From the NCBI GenBank assembly GCA_039024895.1, contig JBCCPJ010000005.1, forward strand, positions 29,109 to 93,108: a stretch of 64,000 nt of DNA, written 5' to 3'. Under the pieces are notes generated by a model. That model searched no databases. It saw nothing but the letters and a program-made list of their open reading frames with translations, and had not been told where the DNA came from. Below, piece after piece: positions 23,794-33,390 of the stretch (the stretch's first letter is position 1; the number at the start of each line of letters is the position of its first letter). The stretch comes from Pseudomonadota bacterium (GTDB lineage Bacteria > Pseudomonadota > Alphaproteobacteria > Rhodobacterales > Rhodobacteraceae). Position numbers and translations under genes: made by a program.

Positions 23794-24080
23794 TGCCACG
23801 TCAGGTCTTGATCGTAACCGCCATCTTGTGTCTTGTCGCAGGTGGGCTGGGCCTTTGGCTTGGGTATCGCAACGCTACTCTCTCGGAGAGTGACGTCATC
23901 ACGGCGGCAGCGGCCCGTTGGAGTTCGGAAACCGGAATACGCGACCTCACATCCTGTGTCGCCATTGCGGGAACCGGCGAGGTCTGGCTGGAGGTGACCT
24001 GCGGTATGGAAGAAACCAAGCGGCGATATGCGTTTGACCGGAAGGGCAGGCTCCTCAAGCAAGCGGGGCCGGACGTATGA
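23793..24080 (+). CDS. small N-terminally anchored membrane protein, unknown function
   Basis: 95 aa; one TM segment (VLIVTAILCLVAGGLGLWLGY). GTG start overlaps the ivd TAG by 1 nt; its stop overlaps the next start (ATGA). Confidence 0.5.
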   Translation: MPRQVLIVTAILCLVAGGLGLWLGYRNATLSESDVITAAAARWSSETGIRDLTSCVAIAGTGEVWLEVTCGMEETKRRYAFDRKGRLLKQAGPDV

Positions 24081-24571
24081 CGGTGGCGCGTCTATGGACC
24101 TGGGTCGTGCTTGTTGTCTCGGCAATTGTCTTTGCAACAATTGTGCGCGCCGAGACCTCGCGTCAGGATGTATTGACCTGTTTTGAGGGAATCGATGCCG
24201 AAACCGAGTGGAACCAGTGCCTCAATATTATGTTTTCGCCATGCGCCGATCAGGATGTGGGCAGCGAAGGGCACCTTGTTTGCCTCACCGAGGAACGCGC
24301 AAATTGGCGCGCTGCGAAGCTTGATGTTGAAAAGGATGTGATCGCGCGTCTGACAGAAGACGGGATGGCCGAACTCTCCGGCCTGATGTTGGCCTGGCCG
24401 GAATATGTAGAAGACAAGTGCAATGCGGTGGGAGAAGCGCGCGCAAATATCAGCCGGGAAGCGGCAGATCTCGGCTGTCAGATTTCGGAATACGCGCTGC
24501 TGACAAACGAAATGGAGGCCTGTCTCACGGGCCGGTCTACGGAAGCGTATTGCCAATTGCGAGACGAGTGA
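24077..24571 (+). CDS. secreted Cys-containing protein, DUF1311/LprI-like (tentative)
   Basis: 164 aa; signal-like N-terminus and spaced Cys residues. Translationally coupled on both sides. Confidence 0.5.
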   Translation: MTVARLWTWVVLVVSAIVFATIVRAETSRQDVLTCFEGIDAETEWNQCLNIMFSPCADQDVGSEGHLVCLTEERANWRAAKLDVEKDVIARLTEDGMAELSGLMLAWPEYVEDKCNAVGEARANISREAADLGCQISEYALLTNEMEACLTGRSTEAYCQLRDE

Positions 24572-26103
24572 TCTCAAGCCTCAAAAACTCAAAGAACTAC
24601 GACGATCTTTTCACGAAGTTCCGCTGGGATTTGCCCAAGCACGTGAACATGGCTGCGCAATGTTTGGCCGGGCCATCGGATCGCATCGCCATTCTCGATC
24701 TAAGCGAGCCGACCCAAAAGACCATAACCACCCGCGACCTAAACGCGATGTCGGCGTGCCTTGCAGGCGGGCTTTTGGAAGCCGGCGTCGTGGCTGGAGA
24801 CCGGGTTGGTGTTTTGCGTAGCCAGGATATCTGGTGCGCGGCGGCACATTTGGCGATCTGGCGGATCGGTGCTGTCTCCGTCCCGCTCTTCAAGCTTTTT
24901 CAAAGCGCCGCGCTTAAGACACGGATCGAAGATGCGGTGTGCAGCTTTGTGGTGACGGACGAACTTGGCGTGGAGCTTTTGGGCAATCTAGCGACGCCAA
25001 TTTTGCCTGAGGCCGGTCTATCGGGCGAACCTGTCTATACATTTGCTGACACGGGCCCCGAAACGCCTGCCTGCTTGATCTTTACCTCGGGCACCACCGG
25101 TGCGCCAAAGGGGGCGTTGCACGGCCATCGGATGTTGCATGGCCATCTGCCCGGGGTCGAGATGAGTCATGATTTATTGGGTCAGCCGAACGACGTCCTT
25201 TGGACGCCAGCGGATTGGGCATGGATTGGCGGCTTGTTCGATGTCTTGATGCCAGGTCTTGCACTTGGTGTCCCGGTTGTTGCCGCGCGGATGGAAAAGT
25301 TCACACCAGAGGCATGCCGCGAAATTCTGCAGCGGGGCGCGGTACGCAACGTGTTTTTCCCACCGACGGCGCTTCGCATATTGAAGGCGGCGGATTTCAG
25401 GTTCGAGGGGCTGCGGTCGGTTGCCAGCGGCGGTGAGCCGCTCGGGGCGGAGATGTTGGCCTGGGGCCGTGATGCGCTCGGCGTGACGATCAACGAGTTC
25501 TACGGGCAAACCGAGTGCAACATGGTGGCCAGTTCCTGCGACGCGCTTTTTGATCCGCGCCCGGGTGCGATCGGAAAACCTGTGCCGGGATTCCGTGTTG
25601 CGGTGATCGACGAGGCCGGAAATGAAACGATAGGCGAAGGTGATATTGCCGTGCGCCGAGGTGCCGCCTCCATGATGCTCGAATACTGGAACAAACCGGC
25701 GGAGACGCAAGCGAAGTTCCGTGGCGAATGGCTCATCACCGGGGATCGCGGCGTCATCGAAGACGGGTTTATTCGCTTCGTTGGCCGCGAGGATGACGTC
25801 ATCACCAGCGGTGGATACCGGATCGGTCCGGCGGAGATCGAGGATTGCATCCTGACACATCCCGCTGTGGCAACAGTCGGTGTGGTGGGAAAGCCGGACG
25901 CGCTTCGGACCGAGATCGTTAAGGCCTATGTCGTACTGAAGAGGGGGTCAGCCGCGTCGGAACAGGAATTACAGGACTGGGTGAAAACCCGTTTGGCCGC
26001 CTATTCCTATCCCCGAGAGATCAGCTTTCTCGATGCGTTGCCGATGACCGTCACAGGCAAGGTTATTCGGAAAGACCTGAAAGCGCGCGCGGCGTCCGAG
26101 TAA
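24568..26103 (+). CDS. AMP-dependent acyl-CoA synthetase/ligase
   Basis: AMP-binding motifs LIFTSGTTGAPKG, YGQTE, GDRG...GREDDVI. Start moved to the GTG at 24568 (GTGA overlap) rather than the overlapping longest ORF at 24418. Confidence 0.9.
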   Translation: MISSLKNSKNYDDLFTKFRWDLPKHVNMAAQCLAGPSDRIAILDLSEPTQKTITTRDLNAMSACLAGGLLEAGVVAGDRVGVLRSQDIWCAAAHLAIWRIGAVSVPLFKLFQSAALKTRIEDAVCSFVVTDELGVELLGNLATPILPEAGLSGEPVYTFADTGPETPACLIFTSGTTGAPKGALHGHRMLHGHLPGVEMSHDLLGQPNDVLWTPADWAWIGGLFDVLMPGLALGVPVVAARMEKFTPEACREILQRGAVRNVFFPPTALRILKAADFRFEGLRSVASGGEPLGAEMLAWGRDALGVTINEFYGQTECNMVASSCDALFDPRPGAIGKPVPGFRVAVIDEAGNETIGEGDIAVRRGAASMMLEYWNKPAETQAKFRGEWLITGDRGVIEDGFIRFVGREDDVITSGGYRIGPAEIEDCILTHPAVATVGVVGKPDALRTEIVKAYVVLKRGSAASEQELQDWVKTRLAAYSYPREISFLDALPMTVTGKVIRKDLKARAASE

Positions 26104-26133
26104 GGGCCGGGCTCGAAAGCCCGACCCCTTCTT
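26104..26133 (+). terminator. GC-rich hairpin immediately after the acyl-CoA synthetase stop
   Basis: GGGCCGGGCT-CGAA-AGCCCGACCC (9 of 10 bp paired) followed by CTTCTT. Confidence 0.4.
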
Positions 26134-26156
26134 AAGGCATCCCGCCTAATGCTTGC

Positions 26157-26214
26157 ATCGCTTTTCGCTGCCTGTCGGCTTCGCCTCCAACGCGAAAAGC
26201 GATACTTTTGTTTT
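26157..26214 (+). terminator. intrinsic-terminator-like hairpin with T-tract
   Basis: Perfect 12-bp arms ATCGCTTTTCGC / GCGAAAAGCGAT with a 23-nt loop, followed by ACTTTTGTTTT. Confidence 0.5.
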
Positions 26215-26233
26215 AGGTCAATGGCGGCACGCT

Positions 26234-26626
26234 TTAATGCAACGTCACTGGCGCGTTTGCCTCCGGGATCACGACGATTTGGTGCGTGTCCGCAAAGATC
26301 GGTACACCCGGGCGGTGCGAGCGCAACTCGTTGATCGGGATACCGATATCCTCGAGGAGCCACGCCAAGTACCGCGCTTCCGATACCATGCGGGCGGCAT
26401 CATCGGCAATCCAACACACACCGCGCCGCGCGCCATGGCGCCCGACTTTTGCGGACAGACGATCTGGCACGGCGAGGTTGCCGTTGAACCAGCCGTACAA
26501 CCGGCGGATTTCGTGATGCCGCCAATCGGTGACATCGAAGGGCGGCAAACGGTGGGACGCTTGGAACAACCCGGGCGCAACACGGCAAGCCGAGTCGCGA
26601 CGGGTTTGCGCGAAGCGGATATACAT
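26234..26626 (-). CDS. hypothetical protein, no family recognised
   Basis: 130-aa ORF; by hand count most third codon positions are G/C, as in the clearly coding genes here. Trp/Arg-rich, with no signal peptide or TM. Preferred over the overlapping plus-strand ORF 26153..26677. Confidence 0.55.
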   Translation of the reverse strand: MYIRFAQTRRDSACRVAPGLFQASHRLPPFDVTDWRHHEIRRLYGWFNGNLAVPDRLSAKVGRHGARRGVCWIADDAARMVSEARYLAWLLEDIGIPINELRSHRPGVPIFADTHQIVVIPEANAPVTLH

Positions 26627-26858
26627 GGGAACCTGCCGCCCCTCGCCACGGCGGCCCTTCTTTACGATGAAACATGAGATGAGACGGCACTAAATGCGCC
26701 GGGTCAGCCTTTCTTGGACGAAGTCCATCGGTTTCTCGGGACGCAACACATGGGGTACGCCTCCCTTTCATCTTGAAGGATGGCCGACTTAGCACAGTGC
26801 AAAATTTGCGCAAAGGACTTCTTAAAAATCGGGCACCAAAGCACTATATCTGCAACAG

Positions 26859-27374
26859 ATGTACATACGACCTTGTATCTTGGCGCTCGGTGTTTTGATC
26901 CCGAGTGTAGCATTCGCCACCGATGATGAGCTGGCGAAATATCAAAATATTCTAAAGACTTGCTATGAGAAGGCCGGTGCGGGAGAGGACATCGCCCATT
27001 GCAAAGGTCAGATGGCGGAGGCGTGCAAGAATGGCGAAGAGGGTGGCTGGTCCACCCTTGGCATGGTCACTTGTACAATGGCCGAAACCCGGGCGTGGGA
27101 CCACTATCTGAATGTCGAGTACCGATCCGCCCTCGAAGGTTTGCGCGATATGGACAAAGACGAGGCGGTGCATTTTCCCGAGTTCGCCAACCGCGCAGAC
27201 AGTTTGCGGGACGCGCAGCGCGCGTGGATCAGCTTTCGAGACGCCGAATGCGGGCTTGCCTATGCGCTATGGGGCTCTGGCTCGATGCGCAATATTGCGG
27301 CCAGTGCGTGCCAACTCGATATGACGGCGGCGCGTATCTTGATGCTGAAAAACGTCGGGAGTGAGATGCAATGA
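26859..27374 (+). CDS. DUF1311 (LprI-like lysozyme-inhibitor fold) periplasmic protein
   Basis: Signal peptide plus the characteristic AQRAWISFRDAEC...C pattern. Confidence 0.7.
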   Translation: MYIRPCILALGVLIPSVAFATDDELAKYQNILKTCYEKAGAGEDIAHCKGQMAEACKNGEEGGWSTLGMVTCTMAETRAWDHYLNVEYRSALEGLRDMDKDEAVHFPEFANRADSLRDAQRAWISFRDAECGLAYALWGSGSMRNIAASACQLDMTAARILMLKNVGSEMQ

Positions 27375-28162
27375 CGGAAATTGTCGTGACACCAACGGTA
27401 AAGGCTGTCCTTGAGGCACAAGACGCCTATCGCGTCGCGCCCCCCGCCCTGTTGCCGCGCACTTTTCGCGCCGTCGCAGGGCCAATGGAAAAGCTGACCC
27501 ATAGCCTGATCCCGCCGGAAGTGATCGAAATGGCCATTCGCAGCGCCGATTGGGCGGCAAGCAGCACTATTCGGAATGCGGCAATAGACCACGATTTTTC
27601 AGATCTTGAGGCTTGTGAAGCGGCGGTCGCCGATGTGCGCCGTTGGGCCATGGGCTATGCGGTGACGGGGGGCGGTGCTGCGGGTGTCTTTGGGGCATTG
27701 GGGTTGATGGTTGACGTTCCCGCGACCGTTGCCCTTGCCCTGCGTACAACGCGGCTCATCGGTCTCAGCTACGGCTTCGGCGCGGCGACGGAAGCAGAAC
27801 GCGTCTACATCCTCGATGTGCTACAACTGGCCGGTGCCAATAGTCGCGAGCAGCGCGCGGACGCGATTGATCGTTTGGCCCGTGGTCGGGCCGCAATGGA
27901 AAACAAGGACTGGCAGAAGATTGCGCGCCTCGCTGGACAAACAACGGGATCCGTTGCGGCGACAAAGCGCGTTGCCGCGGTACTTGGAGTGAACCTTTCG
28001 ACCCGAAAAATGGCGCAGCTTGCGCCTGTGATCGGCGCCGCTGTGGCCGCTGGTGTCAATGCGGCATTCCAAAAAGATGTCGCCGATGCGGCGCAATTTG
28101 CCTATCGGGCGCGCTGGTTGGAAGCGAACGAGCGTATCCTCGAAGGACAAACCGGCACCTAA
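27371..28162 (+). CDS. EcsC-family protein
   Basis: 263 aa; resembles the EcsC family (GGGAAGVFGALGLMVDVPATVALALRTTRLIG); ATGA overlap with the upstream DUF1311 gene. Confidence 0.65.
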   Translation: MTEIVVTPTVKAVLEAQDAYRVAPPALLPRTFRAVAGPMEKLTHSLIPPEVIEMAIRSADWAASSTIRNAAIDHDFSDLEACEAAVADVRRWAMGYAVTGGGAAGVFGALGLMVDVPATVALALRTTRLIGLSYGFGAATEAERVYILDVLQLAGANSREQRADAIDRLARGRAAMENKDWQKIARLAGQTTGSVAATKRVAAVLGVNLSTRKMAQLAPVIGAAVAAGVNAAFQKDVADAAQFAYRARWLEANERILEGQTGT

Positions 28163-28278
28163 CTCGCCCGCGTCGTATGGTCTCCCCTTGCTGAAAAAGG
28201 CCTCCACGCGTTGACCTGCTACCGGCGGTGCAGTAGCACATCCAACACGTGAAATGCCGAGCCACGAGTCCGGGAGAA

Positions 28279-28650
28279 ATGGCCTTGGAAGACCTGCTAC
28301 GTGAATATCTGCCTATCCTGGTCTTCCTCGGAATCGCAGTCGCTTTGGGTCTTGTGCTGATTTTGGCCGCGGTAATTGTGGCTCCCAAGGATGCCGATCC
28401 CGAAAAACTCTCGGCCTACGAATGCGGGTTCAACGCATTTGACGATGCCCGGATGAAATTTGACGTAAGATTTTACCTCGTTTCGATCCTGTTCATCATC
28501 TTTGACCTTGAGATTGCATTCTTATTCCCTTGGGCGGTCGCGTTTGGTGATCTCAGCGATGTCGCCTTCTGGTCCATGATGGTTTTCCTGACCGTGTTGG
28601 CGGCCGGGTTTGCTTATGAGTGGAAAAAAGGTGCGATGGAATGGGAGTGA
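28279..28650 (+). CDS. nuoA: NADH-quinone oxidoreductase subunit A
   Basis: Three-TM protein with YECGF and [11 protein letters not shown] motifs. Start at the ATG preceded by GGGAGA. Confidence 0.95.
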   Translation: MALEDLLREYLPILVFLGIAVALGLVLILAAVIVAPKDADPEKLSAYECGFNAFDDARMKFDVRFYLVSILFIIFDLEIAFLFPWAVAFGDLSDVAFWSMMVFLTVLAAGFAYEWKKGAMEWE

Positions 28651-29001
28651 CACGCTTATTGCGTTTATTCGCAATGCCTTAAGTGCCGACCTTTCTTTTA
28701 TCCGCTGAAAACCTACTCCACAATGCTTGCGTCGTAACATATCGGTAACGCAGGGATTTTTCGCGGTTTGATGTTGTCTGAACAATGGGACAAGTGGGCC
28801 AAGAGGAAACCAACTGTGTATTCGTTTTCCCGGGATGGCGACAGGTCCTCGCCTTATCGCCCGGTAAGCGCCAAAATCTTTATGCAAATGCCCCTCGAAG
28901 CCAGACTTTATGCCGCGCCCTGAGACACTCGATCCAATTGACCCCGGCAGCGCGGAGGGGTAGGTCATCTTTCAAGCGAACACGCAGGAGGCTAAGACCC
29001 T

Positions 29002-29535
29002 ATGGGCGTTGCCACAAGTGCCAATACTGCGGGCGCTGACCAAGAGGTCACGACCCGTGCGTTGAATGCGGAGTTGCAGGATAAAGGTTTCCTCGTCACT
29101 TCGACGGACGACATCATTAACTGGGCTCGGACAGGCTCGCTCCACTGGATGACCTTTGGATTGGCCTGTTGCGCGGTTGAGATGATGCATACGGCTATGC
29201 CGCGTTATGATCTTGAGCGTTTCGGGACAGCGCCGCGCGCGTCGCCGCGCCAGTCTGACCTGATGATCGTGGCGGGCACGCTGACCAATAAAATGGCCCC
29301 TGCGCTGCGCAAGGTGTACGACCAGATGCCCGAGCCGCGTTACGTGATCTCCATGGGGTCCTGCGCCAATGGCGGCGGGTACTACCACTACAGCTATTCC
29401 GTGGTGCGCGGCTGCGATCGGATCGTGCCGGTCGATGTCTATGTGCCCGGCTGCCCGCCCACGGCTGAAGCCCTGCTGTACGGTATCCTGCAATTGCAAC
29501 GTAAAATCCGCCGCACCGGCACTATTACGCGCTGA
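29002..29535 (+). CDS. nuoB: NADH-quinone oxidoreductase subunit B
   Basis: [20 protein letters not shown] and PGCPP N2-cluster motifs. Confidence 0.97.
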   Translation: MGVATSANTAGADQEVTTRALNAELQDKGFLVTSTDDIINWARTGSLHWMTFGLACCAVEMMHTAMPRYDLERFGTAPRASPRQSDLMIVAGTLTNKMAPALRKVYDQMPEPRYVISMGSCANGGGYYHYSYSVVRGCDRIVPVDVYVPGCPPTAEALLYGILQLQRKIRRTGTITR

Positions 29536-29544
29536 GGAAAGCCT

Positions 29545-30156
29545 ATGTCCGAAGCCCTGAAAGAGCTTGCAGACCACATTGAGGCGAAACGGCCTGATTG
29601 CGTGCTGTCGTCCGAGATTGCCCATGGCGAGTTGACCTTGCACGTGTCGCTGTCGTCGATGCTGAGTTTTGTCGATTTCTTGAAAGCCGACGGAAATTGC
29701 CTGTTTTCAACGCTGATCGACATCACGGGCGTTGATAACCCGTCCCGCGAAGCGCGGTTCGATGTCGTGTATCACTTTCTATCGATGTACCGGAACCATC
29801 GCATTCGTCTGAAGGCGTCAGTTCGCGAAGATGAGATCGTCCCCTCTATCGTTTCGGTGCACCCATCCGCCAACTGGTTTGAGCGCGAAGTATTCGACAT
29901 GTTCGGCATCATCTTCGCCGGTCATCCCGATCTGCGGCGCATTTTGACCGATTATGGTTTCCGCGGGTATCCGCTCCGGAAAGACTTTCCGACGACCGGC
30001 TATACCGAGGTCCGGTATGACGATGAGCAAAAGCGCGTTGTCTATGAGCCAGTGAGCTTGGTGCAAGAATATCGCCAATTCGATTTTATGAGCCCTTGGG
30101 AAGGCGCGGAATACGTCTTGCCGGGCGATGACAAAGCGGAAGAGGCGGCCAAGTAA
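29545..30156 (+). CDS. nuoC: NADH-quinone oxidoreductase subunit C
   Basis: 203 aa; [14 protein letters not shown] motif. Confidence 0.95.
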   Translation: MSEALKELADHIEAKRPDCVLSSEIAHGELTLHVSLSSMLSFVDFLKADGNCLFSTLIDITGVDNPSREARFDVVYHFLSMYRNHRIRLKASVREDEIVPSIVSVHPSANWFEREVFDMFGIIFAGHPDLRRILTDYGFRGYPLRKDFPTTGYTEVRYDDEQKRVVYEPVSLVQEYRQFDFMSPWEGAEYVLPGDDKAEEAAK

Positions 30157-30341
30157 TGCTCGGTGGTAACGTCCTTTGGTTTCTTGTGATCGGCGTCCTA
30201 ATCGTTGTGCCATTTTGGAAGCTTCTGCCCCGGTACGGCATCTCGAAGTACTTCGCGTTCCTTGCTGTTTTGCCCGCAATCGCTTTGGTGATGCTGTGGA
30301 TCATGGCGTTCAAGGATGACATTGAAGGTGGCCGCACGTGA
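30156..30341 (+). CDS. small two-TM membrane protein embedded in the nuo operon
   Basis: 61 aa; its ATG shares one nt with the nuoC TAA (TAATG). Third-position G/C about 69% by hand count. Hydrophobic. Confidence 0.5.
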   Translation: MLGGNVLWFLVIGVLIVVPFWKLLPRYGISKYFAFLAVLPAIALVMLWIMAFKDDIEGGRT

Positions 30342-30516
30342 GCGCTGTTTGGCTCTGTTTGGCCGCCGCAGAAGCTGGCGCCCGTTGGCTGCACCAGATG
30401 CTCGCGGCGTCACCAGCACAAAACAAACTCGCAACCCAATGCCGTGCCCCGCAATACGCGGTGGCCGAAGCAGCTCTGCGCCGTCGTCTTGACGGTCGGG
30501 GCCAAGGAGGTAGCTC

Positions 30517-31734
30517 ATGAAAGACGGGAATTTTGAAGACGCTCTTACCGGCGAACAGAAAATCCGGAATTTCAATATTAATTTCGGGCCACAGCATCCC
30601 GCTGCCCACGGCGTTTTGCGCCTTGTTCTGGAGTTGGATGGCGAGATTGTTGAACGGTGCGACCCGCATATCGGGCTGTTGCACCGTGGCACAGAGAAGT
30701 TGATGGAAAGCAGGACTTACCTGCAAAACCTGCCCTATTTCGACCGGCTCGATTACGTCGCCCCGATGAACCAGGAACATGCCTGGTGCCTCGCCATCGA
30801 AAAGCTGACAGGCGTGGAAGTGCCGCGCCGCGCCTCGCTCATTCGCGTCCTCTATTGCGAGATCGGTCGGATCCTGAACCACATCCTGAACGTGACCACT
30901 CAGGCCATGGATGTGGGCGCGTTGACGCCGCCGCTCTGGGGGTTCGAGGAGCGCGAGAAGCTGATGGTGTTCTACGAACGCGCCTGTGGTGCCCGTTTGC
31001 ACGCCGCCTATTTCCGTCCCGGTGGTGTGCATCAGGACCTGCCGCCCGATCTCATCGACGATATTGAGACATGGGCGAACGAGTTTCCGGCTGTTCTTGA
31101 CGATATTGACGGCCTGTTGACGGAGAACCGCATCTTCAAGCAGCGCAACGTGGATATTTGCGTGGTTTCCGAGCAGGAAGCGCTTGAATGGGCGTTTTCC
31201 GGGGTGATGGTGCGCGGGTCCGGGATGGCGTGGGACCTCCGGCGTGCGCAGCCCTACGAGTGTTATGACGAATTCGAGTTCCAAATCCCCATTGGAAAGA
31301 ATGGCGACTGTTATGACCGTTATCTCTGCCGGATGCAGGAAATGCGGGAATCGTTGAAGATTATTCACCAGGCGATTGAGAAACTTCGCGCGCCCGAAGG
31401 TCAGGGCGACGTTCTGGCGCGGGGCAAGATCACGCCGCCGTCGCGCTCGGACATGAAAACCTCAATGGAGGCGCTGATCCACCACTTCAAACTCTATACG
31501 GAGGGGTTCCACGTGCCGGCGGGCGAGGTTTATGCCGCCGTCGAAGCGCCCAAAGGCGAGTTTGGCGTCTATCTCGTGGCGGATGGCACCAACAAACCCT
31601 ACCGCGCCAAGTTGCGCGCCCCGGGCTATCCGCATTTGCAGGCGATGGACCACGTGGCCAAGGGCCATCAATTGGCGGACGTTTCTGCTATCATCGGGAC
31701 GATGGATGTCGTGTTCGGCGAGGTGGATCGGTGA
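30517..31734 (+). CDS. nuoD: NADH-quinone oxidoreductase subunit D
   Basis: 405 aa; [14 protein letters not shown] and [12 protein letters not shown] motifs; AAGGAGG Shine-Dalgarno. Confidence 0.97.
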   Translation: MKDGNFEDALTGEQKIRNFNINFGPQHPAAHGVLRLVLELDGEIVERCDPHIGLLHRGTEKLMESRTYLQNLPYFDRLDYVAPMNQEHAWCLAIEKLTGVEVPRRASLIRVLYCEIGRILNHILNVTTQAMDVGALTPPLWGFEEREKLMVFYERACGARLHAAYFRPGGVHQDLPPDLIDDIETWANEFPAVLDDIDGLLTENRIFKQRNVDICVVSEQEALEWAFSGVMVRGSGMAWDLRRAQPYECYDEFEFQIPIGKNGDCYDRYLCRMQEMRESLKIIHQAIEKLRAPEGQGDVLARGKITPPSRSDMKTSMEALIHHFKLYTEGFHVPAGEVYAAVEAPKGEFGVYLVADGTNKPYRAKLRAPGYPHLQAMDHVAKGHQLADVSAIIGTMDVVFGEVDR

Positions 31735-32081
31735 CGTCGATCGCGACCTTTTTGATCTATGCGACGCTTGGGATTTTGATCCTCGTGGCGTATCGGACAT
31801 TTGTCCAAGGCGCAGAAGCGCAAGGTCATCACGCCGATCAGTTCGACGCCGTCATGGCGGGGCGCTATGCCTTTATGGCGTTTGCCTTTGGATGCGCGCT
31901 TCTCTCCGGATTGCCTTGGATGATTTTGTCGATGCTCGCTGCGTTTGCGGGGCTCGCATTTTGGGATGCCTATGTCTATGGACAGGCAACCAAGGAAACC
32001 GATCTTCATCTTTACGCCGGTATCGGTGCTATCGTGGTGTTTTTCTTTTACGGCCTGAGCGTCGTCACATCGAAACCTTGA
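31731..32081 (+). CDS. membrane protein of unknown function embedded in the nuo operon
   Basis: 116 aa with about 4 hydrophobic segments; GTG start overlaps the nuoD stop (GTGA). Confidence 0.55.
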   Translation: MTSIATFLIYATLGILILVAYRTFVQGAEAQGHHADQFDAVMAGRYAFMAFAFGCALLSGLPWMILSMLAAFAGLAFWDAYVYGQATKETDLHLYAGIGAIVVFFFYGLSVVTSKP

Positions 32082-32088
32082 GGGACGC

Positions 32089-33216
32089 ATGCTTCGCAGA
32101 CTTCACCCTGAACAACCCCAGACCTTCGCGTTTACGCCCGCCAATCAGGCTTGGGCAGAGGCGCAGATCACCAAATATCCTGAGGGTCGGCAAGCCAGCG
32201 CTGTGATCCCGCTCCTTTGGCGCGCACAGGAGCAGGAGGGCTGGGTCACCAAGCCCGTCATCGAATATGTCGCGGCCATGCTCGACATGGCCTATATCCG
32301 AGTTTTGGAAGTGGCGAGCTTCTACTTCATGTTCCAGCTGCAACCTACGGGGTCGATTGCCAATATCCAGGTATGTGGCACAACATCCTGCATGATCTGC
32401 GGCGCAGAAGACCTCGTTGCGGTTTGTAAGGAAAAGATCGCCGCCAAACCGCACACGCTCTCTGAGGACGGCAAATTTACCTGGGAAGAGGTCGAGTGCC
32501 TCGGCGCATGCGCGAATGCACCGATGGCCCAGATCGGTAAGGACTATTACGAAGACCTGACGACCGACCGTTTTGCGGAGATTTTGGACGAACTGGCCGA
32601 CGGGAAAGTGCCTGTTCCGGGTCCGCAAAACGGGCGCTACGCCGCTGAACCGAAATCTGGATTGACCAGTTTGGCGCAGTATGATGCGGGCAAGGCACGC
32701 TACAATGCCAGCGCCCAGCTTGCCGTGGACATTGGCGAAACGGTCAAACGGATCGATGGCGCGGAGGTCCCGTTGACCACCCCATGGCTTGGCCGCGCTA
32801 CCGGGACGGAGAGCCAAACACCCGGTTCTTCGGCTCCGGCTTCAGAGCCGTCGCCAGCGGAGAGCGCCGACCAACCTCCGTCTGCGGAAAAAACGGTACC
32901 AGTATCGACCGGTGTCGGGCTCAGCGAAGCCGCGCAACCGAAAGGGCTTTCCGAAGCGCGCGGGGGGCAACCAGACGACCTGAAAAAGATCAAAGGCATC
33001 GGTCCAAAGCTTGAGAAACTGCTCCACACGCTTGGGTTTTTTCACTTCGACCAGGTCGCCGGTTGGACGGAAGCTGAAATTGCATGGGTCGACGAAAATC
33101 TCGAAGGCTTCAAAGGCCGTGTCACGCGGGACGATTGGGTCGCGCAGGCCAAAGTACTCGCGGCGGGTGGTTCGACAGCGTTTTCATCGAAAGTCGACGA
33201 GGGCGACGTCTATTGA
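32089..33216 (+). CDS. nuoE: NADH-quinone oxidoreductase subunit E with a long C-terminal extension
   Basis: N-terminal 2Fe-2S module ([10 protein letters not shown]...[10 protein letters not shown]), then a Pro/Ser/Ala-rich linker and a 78-aa tail with the motif [11 protein letters not shown]. Confidence 0.95.
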   Translation: MLRRLHPEQPQTFAFTPANQAWAEAQITKYPEGRQASAVIPLLWRAQEQEGWVTKPVIEYVAAMLDMAYIRVLEVASFYFMFQLQPTGSIANIQVCGTTSCMICGAEDLVAVCKEKIAAKPHTLSEDGKFTWEEVECLGACANAPMAQIGKDYYEDLTTDRFAEILDELADGKVPVPGPQNGRYAAEPKSGLTSLAQYDAGKARYNASAQLAVDIGETVKRIDGAEVPLTTPWLGRATGTESQTPGSSAPASEPSPAESADQPPSAEKTVPVSTGVGLSEAAQPKGLSEARGGQPDDLKKIKGIGPKLEKLLHTLGFFHFDQVAGWTEAEIAWVDENLEGFKGRVTRDDWVAQAKVLAAGGSTAFSSKVDEGDVY

Positions 33217-33390
33217 CGAAACCTGCCTAGCGGACGCCTGCGCGGGTAAGCAAGCGGCGGCAGATTACTAATATACAAGCAAAATTCTGCGTTCTTTTAC
33301 CAAAGATGAAGCGGGCTCTCGCATAGTTCCCCTTGATTGACAGCCTCCGGTGTGCAGAGTCTGTGACAAAGACGTGGGAGGCCGAAGCTT

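Noticed and set aside
24418-24567. N-terminal 50 codons of the longest acyl-CoA synthetase ORF.
   Set aside because: They overlap the upstream gene by 154 nt. The GTG at 24568, which overlaps the upstream stop, gives a normal-length AMP-binding enzyme.
26153-26677. 174-aa plus-strand ORF overlapping the orphan minus-strand gene.
   Set aside because: The minus-strand frame has strong third-position G/C bias and a more protein-like sequence. The plus frame begins inside the terminator hairpin region.
30310-31368. 352-aa minus-strand ORF antisense to nuoD. Similar long antisense ORFs occur at 4504..5265, 12486..13571, 40809..41663, 44193..45407, 50104..51048 and 57036..58046.
   Set aside because: Each lies opposite a gene with unambiguous motifs. 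The translations are Arg/Ala/Pro/Gly-rich and low in complexity, as expected for shadow frames in high-GC DNA.
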